Below are positions 36,782-47,082 of a stretch of DNA of 64,000 nucleotides, one piece after another. The DNA comes from Poseidonia sp. GTDB lineage: Archaea; Thermoplasmatota; Poseidoniia; Poseidoniales; Poseidoniaceae. The notes below the pieces were generated by a model that did not search any database, was not told where the DNA came from, and worked only from the letters and a program-made list of their open reading frames with translations. Positions within the stretch are counted from its first letter, which is position 1. Each line of letters begins with the position of its first letter. Both the position numbers and the translations under genes were made by a program. The DNA lies in contig CBFIDD010000003.1 in the NCBI GenBank assembly GCA_965661285.1, forward strand, positions 1-64,000, read 5' to 3'.

Positions 36782-38527
36782 TCAACGCGTACCGAAGGTT
36801 TCCATTCGGGTCTTCCGGTTGTCAATGCGAAGTTGGAGCAAGCCTGAGCGCCAGCCGAGCTCAACCCCCGTCATCGCAACACCGTCGCCGGGACGCAAGG
36901 AAAGAAGCCGCTGGTTGATGCTCGAGCCAAAGGCCACAACCTCTGCGACATGATGGCCGTCCCACAACATGAGGGCGAGCATGGTCCAAGGTTTTCCATC
37001 GATACGGGTGCCCGACCTTTGACGAATACCAAGGACATGGCCTTTCACATTGGCACGAGTTCGAAGCAAACCAAGGCGGGTTATCGGTGGCAAATCTTCC
37101 TCGCTCACCTCGCCTTCACTGTGCAAAACGGTGTTGGTATCAACGTAGAGACGCGGTTGGTCTCGCCAAACCCCCGGAAGTGCGTCCACGAGAACGATCT
37201 CACGTTCCATATGCTCGTGAAGTTGAGAAAACGCACCCGGTTCACTCTCTTCCACGGTGATATGTTGCTGACCAACGACCAAGACAGCACCCAAAACTGG
37301 CTCGGAAAAATGATTGGGCATTGGACCCCATGCACCGGTTAAGCGACCTCGCACGGTCACCCGACCTTGCACGTCACCCAAATGTGAATACGGGGCGTTC
37401 ATGCGCACCTCTGACAGAGAAGTGATCCACGCGAGGTGGTCCGGTACCGACCAATGGCCGTCCTCTGAGCGAGCCACGGCACACCAACCGCAACCTGCTG
37501 CGTCGCCTCCACATGCTTCCGACGGGGCGACCGGGAAGGCCTTGACGCCCTTCTCAACTTCTTGCATCGAACGGTGATGCTCGTGGAATTGGTTGGACAA
37601 CATCGGCATCTCATCCTTCGTAGGTGCATCGTACACCACGCGATGGGCGCCGTCCAGGTACCAACCCTCCATGCCGTCCGCGGTTTGACCCGCTTGGGTT
37701 TCATGCCACAGCCACGCGTAGAACCGGAGTTGATGTTCAAGGGAGGAGGCAAACGCTGAGCCGGGCGAACCTGATTTGATGTCCACAATCCGAACACGAC
37801 CGTCCCACCGCAGCACCATATCCAGTTCACCCGAGGCCCAACCTTCAGGGTGATAGAGTCGCTGAGGCTGATGAACGCGCGGGTCCTTGAACCACGGCCG
37901 GGCACATTCCCACGCTTCGTGCCAAGTGATGGGGTCGTCGGGAGAAGACCATACCGGGGAGGTATCCGAAGCCCAGGCACGCTTTTCAACATCCCTCACC
38001 TTGTCGGGGAGTGGGAAAACCGGTACAGTGCCAAGCGCAGGTTCCGGGACATCAAAGGGTTGACCCCCTGACCGACGAAGGGAAAGATGAGGCCCGCCCT
38101 CTGCGTTGAAACAGGCTTCAACCTCTTCAAAAAACAGGGTTAAGCCGCCTTCAAGCCGTGCTTCGAGGGCCGCAGGTTCCACCTTGTCCCATGCGTCTTC
38201 GCTCGTTTTCCACAAGACCTCGTCCCACATCGTTTGGCCGGTCGTGTACGCTCTGCGAGCCGCTTCGGGCACATGACCAAGCGCCCATGCTTTCAAATCC
38301 GCAACCGATGAAACCGCAGGGGGATGCATCATCAAGAGTTCACACAGAGTGTCTTCGAGCACGACACCCAGGATTTGCGAGGGTCGTGTTGGACCCTGAA
38401 GGCCAATCTGGTAGCTAAACAACCACTGCTTGGGACATCGCAGAAACGTGGTGAGCGAACTGGCGGAAATCCTGCCTCGGCTGCGACCGAGCGGGCCTCC
38501 ACGTGGAGGGAGACCTACAGGCATCAT
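36782..38527 (-). CDS. PD-(D/E)XK nuclease (Cas4/AddB-like) fused to C-terminal OB folds; paralog A
   Basis: ISASSL...RCPKQW, GELDMV...IVDIKSG, QLRFYA and CGGDAAGCGWC motifs; C-terminal OB fold (LWDGHHVAEVVAFG...LRPGDGV). Confidence 0.85.
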   Translation of the reverse strand: MMPVGLPPRGGPLGRSRGRISASSLTTFLRCPKQWLFSYQIGLQGPTRPSQILGVVLEDTLCELLMMHPPAVSSVADLKAWALGHVPEAARRAYTTGQTMWDEVLWKTSEDAWDKVEPAALEARLEGGLTLFFEEVEACFNAEGGPHLSLRRSGGQPFDVPEPALGTVPVFPLPDKVRDVEKRAWASDTSPVWSSPDDPITWHEAWECARPWFKDPRVHQPQRLYHPEGWASGELDMVLRWDGRVRIVDIKSGSPGSAFASSLEHQLRFYAWLWHETQAGQTADGMEGWYLDGAHRVVYDAPTKDEMPMLSNQFHEHHRSMQEVEKGVKAFPVAPSEACGGDAAGCGWCAVARSEDGHWSVPDHLAWITSLSEVRMNAPYSHLGDVQGRVTVRGRLTGAWGPMPNHFSEPVLGAVLVVGQQHITVEESEPGAFSQLHEHMEREIVLVDALPGVWRDQPRLYVDTNTVLHSEGEVSEEDLPPITRLGLLRTRANVKGHVLGIRQRSGTRIDGKPWTMLALMLWDGHHVAEVVAFGSSINQRLLSLRPGDGVAMTGVELGWRSGLLQLRIDNRKTRMETFGTR

Positions 38528-38563
38528 ATTCCCCCCTTCATCGAGGGCCTGGATGAAAAGGCA

Positions 38564-40354
38564 TCATGCATCGTACGAATAGTAGTCACCACTGCTGCGT
38601 TGTTCCCGGTCTTTCCTACTGGCGTTCTTGTTGATACGAGGTCGGCGAGAGTCGTGGTCTCTTCGGAAGGTGACGTCAACCCCGGCCAAGAAGCGATTCA
38701 TTCCCTCTCGCAGGTTGTACGGTCCCGTGGCCCGACCTTCCACCCCACCTTCACCCTCAAAAACAAGAAGGGAATCCGATACGATATCGATGAAATAGAC
38801 GTCGTGGTCGATGACAAAGGCCGATTTTTCATTTGCTTCCATCGTCCTCCGGATGGCTTTGGCGGCCTCCATTCGAGCGTTTGCATCAAGGTGGGCAGAG
38901 GGTTCGTCGAGAAGATAGAGATCGGCATCTCGGCCTAAGCAGAGCGCGATTGAGACCGCTTGGCGCTCACCGCCAGAGAGTTTCTTGATACGCTTCGGGA
39001 GAAGTTGGTCAACGCCCAAGGCCTTGATGACATTGACATTGAACTCACCGCTTCGCCATCGTGGGCCGAGTTCACTGTCCAACCAGAGTTGAACAGAGCC
39101 GTTGATATCGACATCGATGTGTTGGGGCTTGTAGGAAATCGTAGCGTCGGCGGTCACCCATCCTTCGTCATACTCGTGCTCGCCTGCGAGAATTTTGATC
39201 ATCGTCGATTTCCCGGTTCCGTTGGAGCCAACGACGCCGACGACTTCTGACCGGTGAACGGCGCCATCACCTGATGTGAGTTTAAACTCACCAAGTTGTT
39301 TTTCCAAGCCCCCCCAACTCACGATAGGGGTGCCAATTTCGGCTGAACGGTCGCGGTGACGCAGGAACTTGATGGGCTTGTCACGAATACGCACATTCTC
39401 TTCGGGAAGGAAACCATCGAGATAGGTGTTGATGGCTTGACGTGTTGAGCGGGCGGGGGTAAAGATGCCGAAAGCACCCTTCTTTCCATACACGATGTGA
39501 ACCAAGTCGGCCAGAACATCCAGGACGGCAAGGTCGTGCTCGATGACGATGACTCGCTTGGTTTCGGCCAGTTCTTGGATGATCCGGACAATGCGCATGC
39601 GCTCATGGATGTCGAGATAGGAGGAGGGTTCGTCGAAGAAGTACACGTCGACGTCACGAAGAATCGTCGCACAAATCGCCATGCGCTGCAATTCACCGCC
39701 GGAGAGTTGCTGTACGGTTCGCTGAAGCAGATGGTCGATGCCCAAGGAGCGCGTGGTCTCCTCCAGCAGCCCGCGCTCATCCACTTTACGCAGCAGGTCG
39801 TGGACAGTTCCGTTCACCCGCTTGGGGAGTTTGTCAACATTCTGAGGTTTGAGGGCCACTCGAACATTCCCTTTTTGCAGAGCGAGGAAAAAGTCCCGGA
39901 GTTCACCCTTTGGAAGGGACGCAATAACTGATTCCCAGTCCGGCTCTTGGTCCAGCCAATCTCCCAAGTTCGGCGTCATGCGGCCTGAGAGCGCACTGAT
40001 GGCAGTGGATTTCCCCATCCCGTTGGGCCCAAGGATGCCGACGACGCTCTCTTTGGAGGGTGTTGGCAAGCGAAACAATCGGAAGCCGTTCATCGAATAT
40101 CGGTGAATCATATCGGTTTCGAGTTCACTGGGAAGGTTTTCGATGATCAGGGCATCGTGTGGACACTTGTTGATGCAAATTCCACATCCGATGCACAGGC
40201 TTTCCGAGATGTGCGGTTTGCCGGTGTTTTCATCCATGATGATGCATTCTTGACCGTTGCGAACGGGGGGGCAGTAGACCTGGCATTCATCGTTGCACTT
40301 CTTCGGTTGACAGTTGTCTTCCTTCAGAACCGCAACACGCATTCCGTCACCCAA
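38564..40354 (-). CDS. Ribosome recycling ATPase ABCE1/RLI
   Basis: N-terminal double 4Fe-4S motif (CQPKKC...CPP...CIGCGICINKCP), two ABC cassettes (GPNGMGKS, GSNGTGKS, LSGGE) and TFRRD...RPRINK. Confidence 0.97.
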   Translation of the reverse strand: MGDGMRVAVLKEDNCQPKKCNDECQVYCPPVRNGQECIIMDENTGKPHISESLCIGCGICINKCPHDALIIENLPSELETDMIHRYSMNGFRLFRLPTPSKESVVGILGPNGMGKSTAISALSGRMTPNLGDWLDQEPDWESVIASLPKGELRDFFLALQKGNVRVALKPQNVDKLPKRVNGTVHDLLRKVDERGLLEETTRSLGIDHLLQRTVQQLSGGELQRMAICATILRDVDVYFFDEPSSYLDIHERMRIVRIIQELAETKRVIVIEHDLAVLDVLADLVHIVYGKKGAFGIFTPARSTRQAINTYLDGFLPEENVRIRDKPIKFLRHRDRSAEIGTPIVSWGGLEKQLGEFKLTSGDGAVHRSEVVGVVGSNGTGKSTMIKILAGEHEYDEGWVTADATISYKPQHIDVDINGSVQLWLDSELGPRWRSGEFNVNVIKALGVDQLLPKRIKKLSGGERQAVSIALCLGRDADLYLLDEPSAHLDANARMEAAKAIRRTMEANEKSAFVIDHDVYFIDIVSDSLLVFEGEGGVEGRATGPYNLREGMNRFLAGVDVTFRRDHDSRRPRINKNASRKDREQRSSGDYYSYDA

Positions 40355-40435
40355 CCTGTCCTCTCGTCTGTTCTATTTTGTTTCACCTGCCATTCCCGGA
40401 TTAAAACCGGAAAAAGGCAATCCAGCGATTCCAGC

Positions 40436-40975
40436 TCAAATGAGGCCCTTCAGGTGCTCATGCCCACGTATGAGGCGAATGGTGCAGGGCGTTGGGAATT
40501 TCATGCTCGCCTTGCGGAGTGCGTCTCGTGCCGTGAGGTAATTCTCGGCATTCACTTGAAGCGACATGATGCGCTGGCCTCGCTTCACACGAGCGGCTGT
40601 ACCAACGTTCTTGCCGAAAGCGCAACGCATGCCTTGCGAGACACGGTCAGCACCTGCGCCTGTGGCTTGCTTGTTCTCTCGCAGAACGTGGTGAGGGAAG
40701 GTGTGGACACGAAGGGCGTAGCCTTGTGCTCCGGCTGCGTTTCGGATGGTGGAGTTGGAGACAACACGCCCGGCTTCCAGCGCCGTGTGGCGAATTTGTA
40801 CATCGTTGTCCGAACGGAGTTCAAGGACAACTTGGAACTGTCCCGTCTCCGCCGCACGTCGGTTTCCGACGTGAAATTGCATGATACGGTTGTTCGGCAC
40901 ACCACCGATGTACTTACGTCGGGTGTAGGCTGGGCCTTTCAAACGGCGGTACATTACAGCGGGTTTGCGTGCCAT
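40436..40975 (-). CDS. rpl10e: 50S ribosomal protein uL16 (L10e)
   Basis: MARKPA.MYR, QIRHTALEA and PHHVLRENK.ATGAGADRVSQGMR.AFGK motifs. Confidence 0.97.
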   Translation of the reverse strand: MARKPAVMYRRLKGPAYTRRKYIGGVPNNRIMQFHVGNRRAAETGQFQVVLELRSDNDVQIRHTALEAGRVVSNSTIRNAAGAQGYALRVHTFPHHVLRENKQATGAGADRVSQGMRCAFGKNVGTAARVKRGQRIMSLQVNAENYLTARDALRKASMKFPTPCTIRLIRGHEHLKGLI

Positions 40976-41084
40976 AGGTCTGCCTCCAAGCAACCTTGCG
41001 ACCGATGCTCCCTTTATGATATCTCCGCACCGCGTCCAACCGCCAGCCTGACGAAACCGACATCGTGGAAAGCAAAGTCTTCAT

Positions 41085-42317
41085 GTGGCGGCCTCCGCAG
41101 CATGGACCATGGCTGGAGGGTGGCGCCGACTGCTCGAGGAGGAATCCGAGTATCAGTGGCTTACACTGGGCCTGTTCGCCGTTTTCGTGTTGTTTGGAGC
41201 CTTTGCCATTGACGCCACGGAGCACTTTGTTGGCGACAGCATCACGAAGGTTACAGCCCAGCACGAAGGCGGTCTTGTCCTTGACATCGAATACCACGAA
41301 GGTAATGCGTCGTACACCTCGCTGGTTTACGCTCCCGGTGCGGGCTACCACCTGTTCACCGAACATGTTGATGACGGCACGGCAAGCGAGATTTACAGCC
41401 CAGTGAACACTGATTTGGGAGACCAAGTGAACTTTCTGAAGACCATGCCAGACGGTGAAATCCTTTTCTCTGTCAGTCCAAATCAGCTCATCGGCCTCCA
41501 AGGCAACACGATGGTGACCTACGACTACGGTTCCTCACAGGACACCTTCACTGTTTTCGATGTTGCTGAGCAAGGGAACGAACAGTCAAACCATCGTTTG
41601 TTGCTTACACAGGAGGGCAGCATAAATTCCTTCCGAGGCGTGGTCGGGATGATACCAACCGCACCCATGTCCGTTTCATCAGGCGTTCAGTGGCATCATG
41701 TTGAAGCCCATTCAGAAGGGCTCTGGGTTGGCCTGGGCACCCACATCAGCACCTCCGGTGCCGACGGTTCGAGTCCAGCAACCCCCGAACCTCGACCTGT
41801 CCTCGGCTGGATTGCATGGGACGGAAGCGAGGAGACCCCCGTTCTACGCAACGTTCAGATGTTTGCTTCGGGCATCTTCCACTCCTTTGCTTCCTCTGGT
41901 TCGGATTTGATCGTGGGCGGTACCGTGGAAAGTTTGGTCATATCATCAAGCGAGGACATCCAAACCCTAAGCGCACCCTCCGCCGTTGTTGTCAACGATG
42001 AGGAGGGGACGACATGGTTCATTGGCGGGCTTGGCTCGACCACCATCTCAACCTTCAGCGAGGGCGTGTTTGAAACGCATCAACTCAGCCGCCCGATTCC
42101 AGTCGAGGTCTCGGATGCTGGTGCTCAAGATGAGTACATCCACGTGCACGGTGCTGACGCCAACGGCTTGCCCATCCAATGGTCAATCGACACCACAGCG
42201 GATGGTTCTATAGAGAGCGGCCGTGGGTTCCTCAACCTTCTGTTCTTGATCGCCGGAGGCATCCTCCTGAGCATGATGGTCGTGCACGTCGTGGATCAAT
42301 GGCGTGCTGTGTCATAA
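41085..42317 (+). CDS. Hypothetical membrane-anchored protein with extracellular beta-rich domain
   Basis: N- and C-terminal TM helices flank an acidic, beta-strand-rich region. Confidence 0.65.
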   Translation: MAASAAWTMAGGWRRLLEEESEYQWLTLGLFAVFVLFGAFAIDATEHFVGDSITKVTAQHEGGLVLDIEYHEGNASYTSLVYAPGAGYHLFTEHVDDGTASEIYSPVNTDLGDQVNFLKTMPDGEILFSVSPNQLIGLQGNTMVTYDYGSSQDTFTVFDVAEQGNEQSNHRLLLTQEGSINSFRGVVGMIPTAPMSVSSGVQWHHVEAHSEGLWVGLGTHISTSGADGSSPATPEPRPVLGWIAWDGSEETPVLRNVQMFASGIFHSFASSGSDLIVGGTVESLVISSSEDIQTLSAPSAVVVNDEEGTTWFIGGLGSTTISTFSEGVFETHQLSRPIPVEVSDAGAQDEYIHVHGADANGLPIQWSIDTTADGSIESGRGFLNLLFLIAGGILLSMMVVHVVDQWRAVS

Positions 42318-42411
42318 GTCGATGACGAACACCCACAAACCTTGGCCGTCAAGCGTTCTTGAAGGAACCTTCATGTGCCCTCGTCGGCCTTTACAAACTC
42401 CAGCGTAAGCC

Positions 42412-45066
42412 ATGGAGCGTGCAAGCATGTCCAAACGAGGAATGATGGACCAGTTCTTTGACATCAAAGAACAACATCCAGACACCGTCCTCTTCTTCCG
42501 AATGGGCGATTTCTACGAACTCTTTCACGAAGACGCCGAAATCGCTGCTGAGGTGCTCGGTCTTTCGCTGACGTCGAGGGATAAAAACGCAGAACAGCCC
42601 ATCCCCATGGCAGGCTTTCCTTGGCACGGCTTGGAAGACCATCTACGCACCATGCTTCGAGCGGGTTACAAAGTGACGGTCGCCGAGCAGGAGGAAGAAT
42701 TACGACCCGGTGCGAAGTTATTGGAACGGGTCGTCACGAGGGTTTACACGCCCGGCAGCCTCTACGAAGAGGGCTTGTTGGAGGGCGACGAGCAAGCGCT
42801 CTTGGCTGCGGTCGTCATGGGCCCTCAACAACTGGGCCTGGCCGTTCTGGATGCCTCAACCGGCAAAGCATGGGCGAGTTCGCACGAGGGTGCTGACCGC
42901 TTCACTCGCCTCCAAGACGACCTTCTACGGTGGCAACCAAGCGAGCTGGTCGTTTCTCCAAAAGATGCTGAGAACGAGCACCTCGTTCACCTGTTCCCCC
43001 AACTTGACGGCACCATGGTGAGTCAACACCAACTCAGCCAATCCAAGCGAGAGGAGCGACTTCGAACCATGCTTGACGTCGCCGACCTCGGCCACCTTGA
43101 CCTTGACCACGCCCCGCTCGCCATCTCGGCAACCGGCCTCGCCGCAGATTACCTCGCAACGGTTCATCTCCGTCAAGACGTCCCTCTCCAAGACGTCGAG
43201 GTGATAGAAGAACAAGGCCACCTTCTGTTGGACCAAACCACACTGCGGAACCTGGAATTGACGTCGACGTTGGCAGGGGAGTACGACGGGAGTCTGCTTT
43301 CAACACTCAACCGTTGCCGAACGGCGATGGGCCGGCGTCTGTTGAAAACGTGGCTCCTCCAACCGCTCTCGAACATGGACGCCATTCAAACCCGCCACCA
43401 AGCCGTGGCCACCTTAACCCGCTCAGCCCGGCGCTTGGATGGGATGCGAACCTCCCTCCAGGGCATCAGAGACATGGAACGCCTCGCCACCCAACTCGCC
43501 TACCAGCGAAGCAACGCCAGAGACCTCGTTGCCACCGCTCATGCGCTTGAGCGCATGCCCGCCATCGTTCAATGGTGCAAGGATAGCGGGGATGCGCTCC
43601 TCATGCATTTGTCCGATGGGCTTGAACAACTCAATGAGATGATGCAGACCATTCAAAACACGCTTGCTGACCACCCTCCGCTTGGACTGCGCGACGGCGG
43701 ACTCCTGCGCAGTGGGGTCGACGAGGAGGTTGACCGACTCCGCGCCGTGACCTCCGAAGGGAAGGCCTGGTTCTCCAATCTTGAACAACAGCTGAGGGAA
43801 TCCTTGGGCATACCATCGCTGAAAGTCAAGAACAATCGCCAAGTTGGCTGGTACATCGAGGTCACGCAAACCCACATCGAAAAGGTTCCATCGACATGGC
43901 GAAGAAAGCAACAACTCACCAACGGGTCCCGATACACCACCGAAGAGTTGGTTGAACGCGACGACCTCTTGCTCACCGCCGATTCCAAACTCAAAGAACT
44001 CGAGTATCGACGTTTCCTCGAATTGCGAACCTATTGTGGAACACAAGCGGCCACCCTGGCTGAAATTGCCCGTCGTGTGGCGGCCATCGATATCCTCCAG
44101 TGCTTTGCGTCGGTCAGCAGGGAGCGCCAGTGGACCAAACCCGATATCACGGACAAACATGTGATTCAACTTGAGGGGGCCCGCCACCCAGTTCTTGAGA
44201 CCCAATCAGGATTCGTCCCCAACGACGTCGCCATGAATGCGAAGCGGAGTTTCCTGCTCATCACCGGCCCAAACATGGGCGGTAAATCCACCTACCTTCG
44301 GACGGTGGCGTTGGTCACGGTTTTGGCACAGGCGGGATGTTTTGTTCCCGCAAAGCAAGCCAAGATTGGGCTGGTTGACCGCATATTCACCCGCGTCGGA
44401 GCCAGCGACGACCTAAAGAGGGGCCGTTCGACGTTCATGATGGAGATGATCGAGGTTGCTCACATTCTCAAGCGAGCCAGTGAGCGGTCGCTGGTCTTGT
44501 TGGATGAAATCGGACGAGGAACGTCAACCTTTGACGGCCTTTCCATCGCATGGTCGGTCACCGAAGACATCTGCTCCAGGATTGGCGCTCGGACCCTCTT
44601 TGCCACCCACTACCACCAACTCATTGGATTGGAGGGCGAGGTCAACGGTCTGTGCAACGTCCACGTTCAGGTGGCTCAAGTTGATGGCAATCTCCGTTTC
44701 CTTCATTCGGTTGCCGACGGCCCGTGCGACGAATCCTACGGCGTCCAGGTGGCTGCGTTGGCAGGTCTACCAAGGAGCGTGGTGGAACGGGCGAGTGACC
44801 TTCTCGCCTTCCTCGAACAACAAGCCGGAGGCGCCAAGGCAGGCGAACACGGTGCACCGCAATCCCGTGATGCAGGCCAAGCAAGTCTCATGGGCTATTT
44901 TGCCGCCGCCGCCATGAAGACCTCAGCACCTTCGCCACCCGCCATACCAGCACACGTGGAACGAACGATGAACCGCCTCCAAAGCACCAACGTTGACGAA
45001 CTCAGCCCGCGTCAAGCCCTTGACGTCCTCTACGCGCTTCAACAAGAACTGGAGGACGGTGCATGA
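42412..45066 (+). CDS. mutS: DNA mismatch repair protein MutS (MutS1)
   Basis: FFRMGDFYELF mismatch motif, TGPNMGGKST, STFMMEM, DEIGRGTST, FATHYH and SYGVQVA. Confidence 0.97.
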   Translation: MERASMSKRGMMDQFFDIKEQHPDTVLFFRMGDFYELFHEDAEIAAEVLGLSLTSRDKNAEQPIPMAGFPWHGLEDHLRTMLRAGYKVTVAEQEEELRPGAKLLERVVTRVYTPGSLYEEGLLEGDEQALLAAVVMGPQQLGLAVLDASTGKAWASSHEGADRFTRLQDDLLRWQPSELVVSPKDAENEHLVHLFPQLDGTMVSQHQLSQSKREERLRTMLDVADLGHLDLDHAPLAISATGLAADYLATVHLRQDVPLQDVEVIEEQGHLLLDQTTLRNLELTSTLAGEYDGSLLSTLNRCRTAMGRRLLKTWLLQPLSNMDAIQTRHQAVATLTRSARRLDGMRTSLQGIRDMERLATQLAYQRSNARDLVATAHALERMPAIVQWCKDSGDALLMHLSDGLEQLNEMMQTIQNTLADHPPLGLRDGGLLRSGVDEEVDRLRAVTSEGKAWFSNLEQQLRESLGIPSLKVKNNRQVGWYIEVTQTHIEKVPSTWRRKQQLTNGSRYTTEELVERDDLLLTADSKLKELEYRRFLELRTYCGTQAATLAEIARRVAAIDILQCFASVSRERQWTKPDITDKHVIQLEGARHPVLETQSGFVPNDVAMNAKRSFLLITGPNMGGKSTYLRTVALVTVLAQAGCFVPAKQAKIGLVDRIFTRVGASDDLKRGRSTFMMEMIEVAHILKRASERSLVLLDEIGRGTSTFDGLSIAWSVTEDICSRIGARTLFATHYHQLIGLEGEVNGLCNVHVQVAQVDGNLRFLHSVADGPCDESYGVQVAALAGLPRSVVERASDLLAFLEQQAGGAKAGEHGAPQSRDAGQASLMGYFAAAAMKTSAPSPPAIPAHVERTMNRLQSTNVDELSPRQALDVLYALQQELEDGA

Positions 45067-47081
45067 AACCGAGGAAAATCAAGCAATTGGACGATGCGAC
45101 CATCGGTTTCATCGCCGCAGGCGAAGTGGTTGAACGCCCGGCTCAAGTGGTCAAGGAACTGATTGAAAACAGCCTCGATGCGGGTTCAACCTCCATCTTG
45201 ATCACCGTTGAGCGAGGTGGATTTGACCGCGTTGCGGTTGAAGACAACGGAAGCGGCATCGGCGAAGCGGACCTGCCCCTCGCCCTCGACCGGCACGCAA
45301 CGTCAAAATTGAGCACGAAAGACGACCTCGCTTCGATTGTATCGCTTGGGTTCCGAGGTGAAGCCCTGGCAAGTATCGGCATGGTCTCTCGTCTTCGCAT
45401 CGCCAGCAGACCAAGGGGTGAACAAGGAGCCAGTATCGTCATGGAGGATGGTGTCAAATCCGCGCCCCAACCGTTCGGTATGGCAGAGGGGACCGTTATT
45501 TCTGTCGAGCACCTCTTCCAAAACACACCCGCCCGTCTCGCTTTTCAGCGCCGCCCGGAGACAGAAACGGCTCGCATTGTTGACGTCGTGGTCGACCATG
45601 CACTGGCCCATCCATCCTGCGGCTTCCACTTGAAAACCGAACGAAGATCGCTCCTCAACGTCCCGGCCACGGAAAACATGCTCGATCGCCTTTATGACAT
45701 CATGGGAGCACAAGCCACCGAACTGGTTGAACTCAAGTTGCCTCCTGAGGATGAAGATGCACCTGGAAGCGAACGCTGGAGCGGCTACATCAGCACGCCC
45801 GACATCACACGAGGAAAAGGCGATGATATTCACGTTCTCATCAACAACCGCCCGGTTGGTGCGGGCCCGTTCCTCCAAGCCATCCGTCGGGGCTACAAAA
45901 CCCGGCTGATGCAGGGGCGACACCCGCTTGCGGTCGTGAACCTCCAGTGCCCGCCCGGCGAGGTTGATGTCAACGTCCACCCGACCAAACGGGAGGTGCG
46001 TTTACGGCATTCATGGCGCGTGCTGGAACGACTGGAACGAGCCATTGCCTACACGCTGGAAGCCGTTCCGACCGAACCCGACGCCACGGGAGAGATTCCC
46101 GGTCTCCAAGGGCTCGCAGGTACGAAGCAGGCAAAGCCAGTAGAAACTTACTTCTCAGGAGACGCAGCGGAACCTCGCCCCGACACCTCCATTGCATCGG
46201 CTGCAGGGATGACAGAAACACTCGATGGAGCGCCAACGCCTGCACCCGCGGCACCACCGGCCTGGGCCGTCGCAGCGGGCCGACAGTTGAACCTCGTTGG
46301 GCAAGAAGCCGCAGAAAAAAACGAGCCGCTGAGAGAACGCCCCGTTTCAGCCTCGCCGCTTGGCCAAGGCGTTCTTCCGAACATGCCTGAAGCACCCGTC
46401 GCCGCGCCGCTGTCCTCTGCTGAGCGTGATTTGCATCGACACGCAGGAAAAGGCCTCACCTCCAGTCCAAGCGATGAAGCGCCGCTTGAGGGTGTGTTGA
46501 ACGACCTTCCGCACATGGAACCGTTGGCCCAATTTGCTGACTCGTACATTCTGGTTCAAGCAGAAGACGAGCTTCTTCTCATCGACCAACACGCGCTTCA
46601 TGAACGCGTACGATACGAACGATTGCGCCACAGCGGACAAGCATGGGAAGCCCAACGTCGACTTACACCTCTTCCACTTTACCTCGATCCAAGGCAGTCA
46701 GCCCTGGTCGATGCCCACCACGAACGACTGCAGGAACTTGGTTTCCATCTTTCAAGCGACCAAGGCGCTTGGTTGCTGGATGCCTCACCTCAACTCCTCG
46801 GCGGAGATGAAATCAAGCAGTTCTTGCTCGACCTGCTCCAAGACCTTGCCTTGGATGGCGGGCCGCTTGAAACCATTGAATCGAAAAAAGACCATATTGC
46901 GTTCATGAAGGCCTGTCGTGGGTCCGTCAAGGCGAACGAATCGCTTTCCCTCCCCGAAATGCGGCGATTGCTCGACGATATGCGACGCATCCAAAATCCA
47001 TGGGCGTGTGTCCACGGCCGGCCAACCTCCTTGCGCATCTCCATCGACAGCTTGGACCATCACTTTGGCCGCCACGGCTAA
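45063..47081 (+). CDS. mutL: DNA mismatch repair endonuclease MutL
   Basis: IAAGEVVERP, ENSLDAG, GFRGEAL, DVNVHPTK, the DQHALHER endonuclease motif, ACR and CVHGRP; ATGA overlap with mutS. Confidence 0.97.
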   Translation: MKPRKIKQLDDATIGFIAAGEVVERPAQVVKELIENSLDAGSTSILITVERGGFDRVAVEDNGSGIGEADLPLALDRHATSKLSTKDDLASIVSLGFRGEALASIGMVSRLRIASRPRGEQGASIVMEDGVKSAPQPFGMAEGTVISVEHLFQNTPARLAFQRRPETETARIVDVVVDHALAHPSCGFHLKTERRSLLNVPATENMLDRLYDIMGAQATELVELKLPPEDEDAPGSERWSGYISTPDITRGKGDDIHVLINNRPVGAGPFLQAIRRGYKTRLMQGRHPLAVVNLQCPPGEVDVNVHPTKREVRLRHSWRVLERLERAIAYTLEAVPTEPDATGEIPGLQGLAGTKQAKPVETYFSGDAAEPRPDTSIASAAGMTETLDGAPTPAPAAPPAWAVAAGRQLNLVGQEAAEKNEPLRERPVSASPLGQGVLPNMPEAPVAAPLSSAERDLHRHAGKGLTSSPSDEAPLEGVLNDLPHMEPLAQFADSYILVQAEDELLLIDQHALHERVRYERLRHSGQAWEAQRRLTPLPLYLDPRQSALVDAHHERLQELGFHLSSDQGAWLLDASPQLLGGDEIKQFLLDLLQDLALDGGPLETIESKKDHIAFMKACRGSVKANESLSLPEMRRLLDDMRRIQNPWACVHGRPTSLRISIDSLDHHFGRHG

Positions 47082-47082
47082 C

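Noticed and set aside
34877-38527. Interpretation as CRISPR-associated cas4 genes or as cargo of an element integrated at tRNA-Ser
   Set aside because: No cas1, cas2, array or integrase, and I saw no duplicated tRNA 3' end; the flanks are core genes.
40103-41212. 369-aa plus-strand ORF
   Set aside because: Antisense shadow of ABCE1 and rpl10e.
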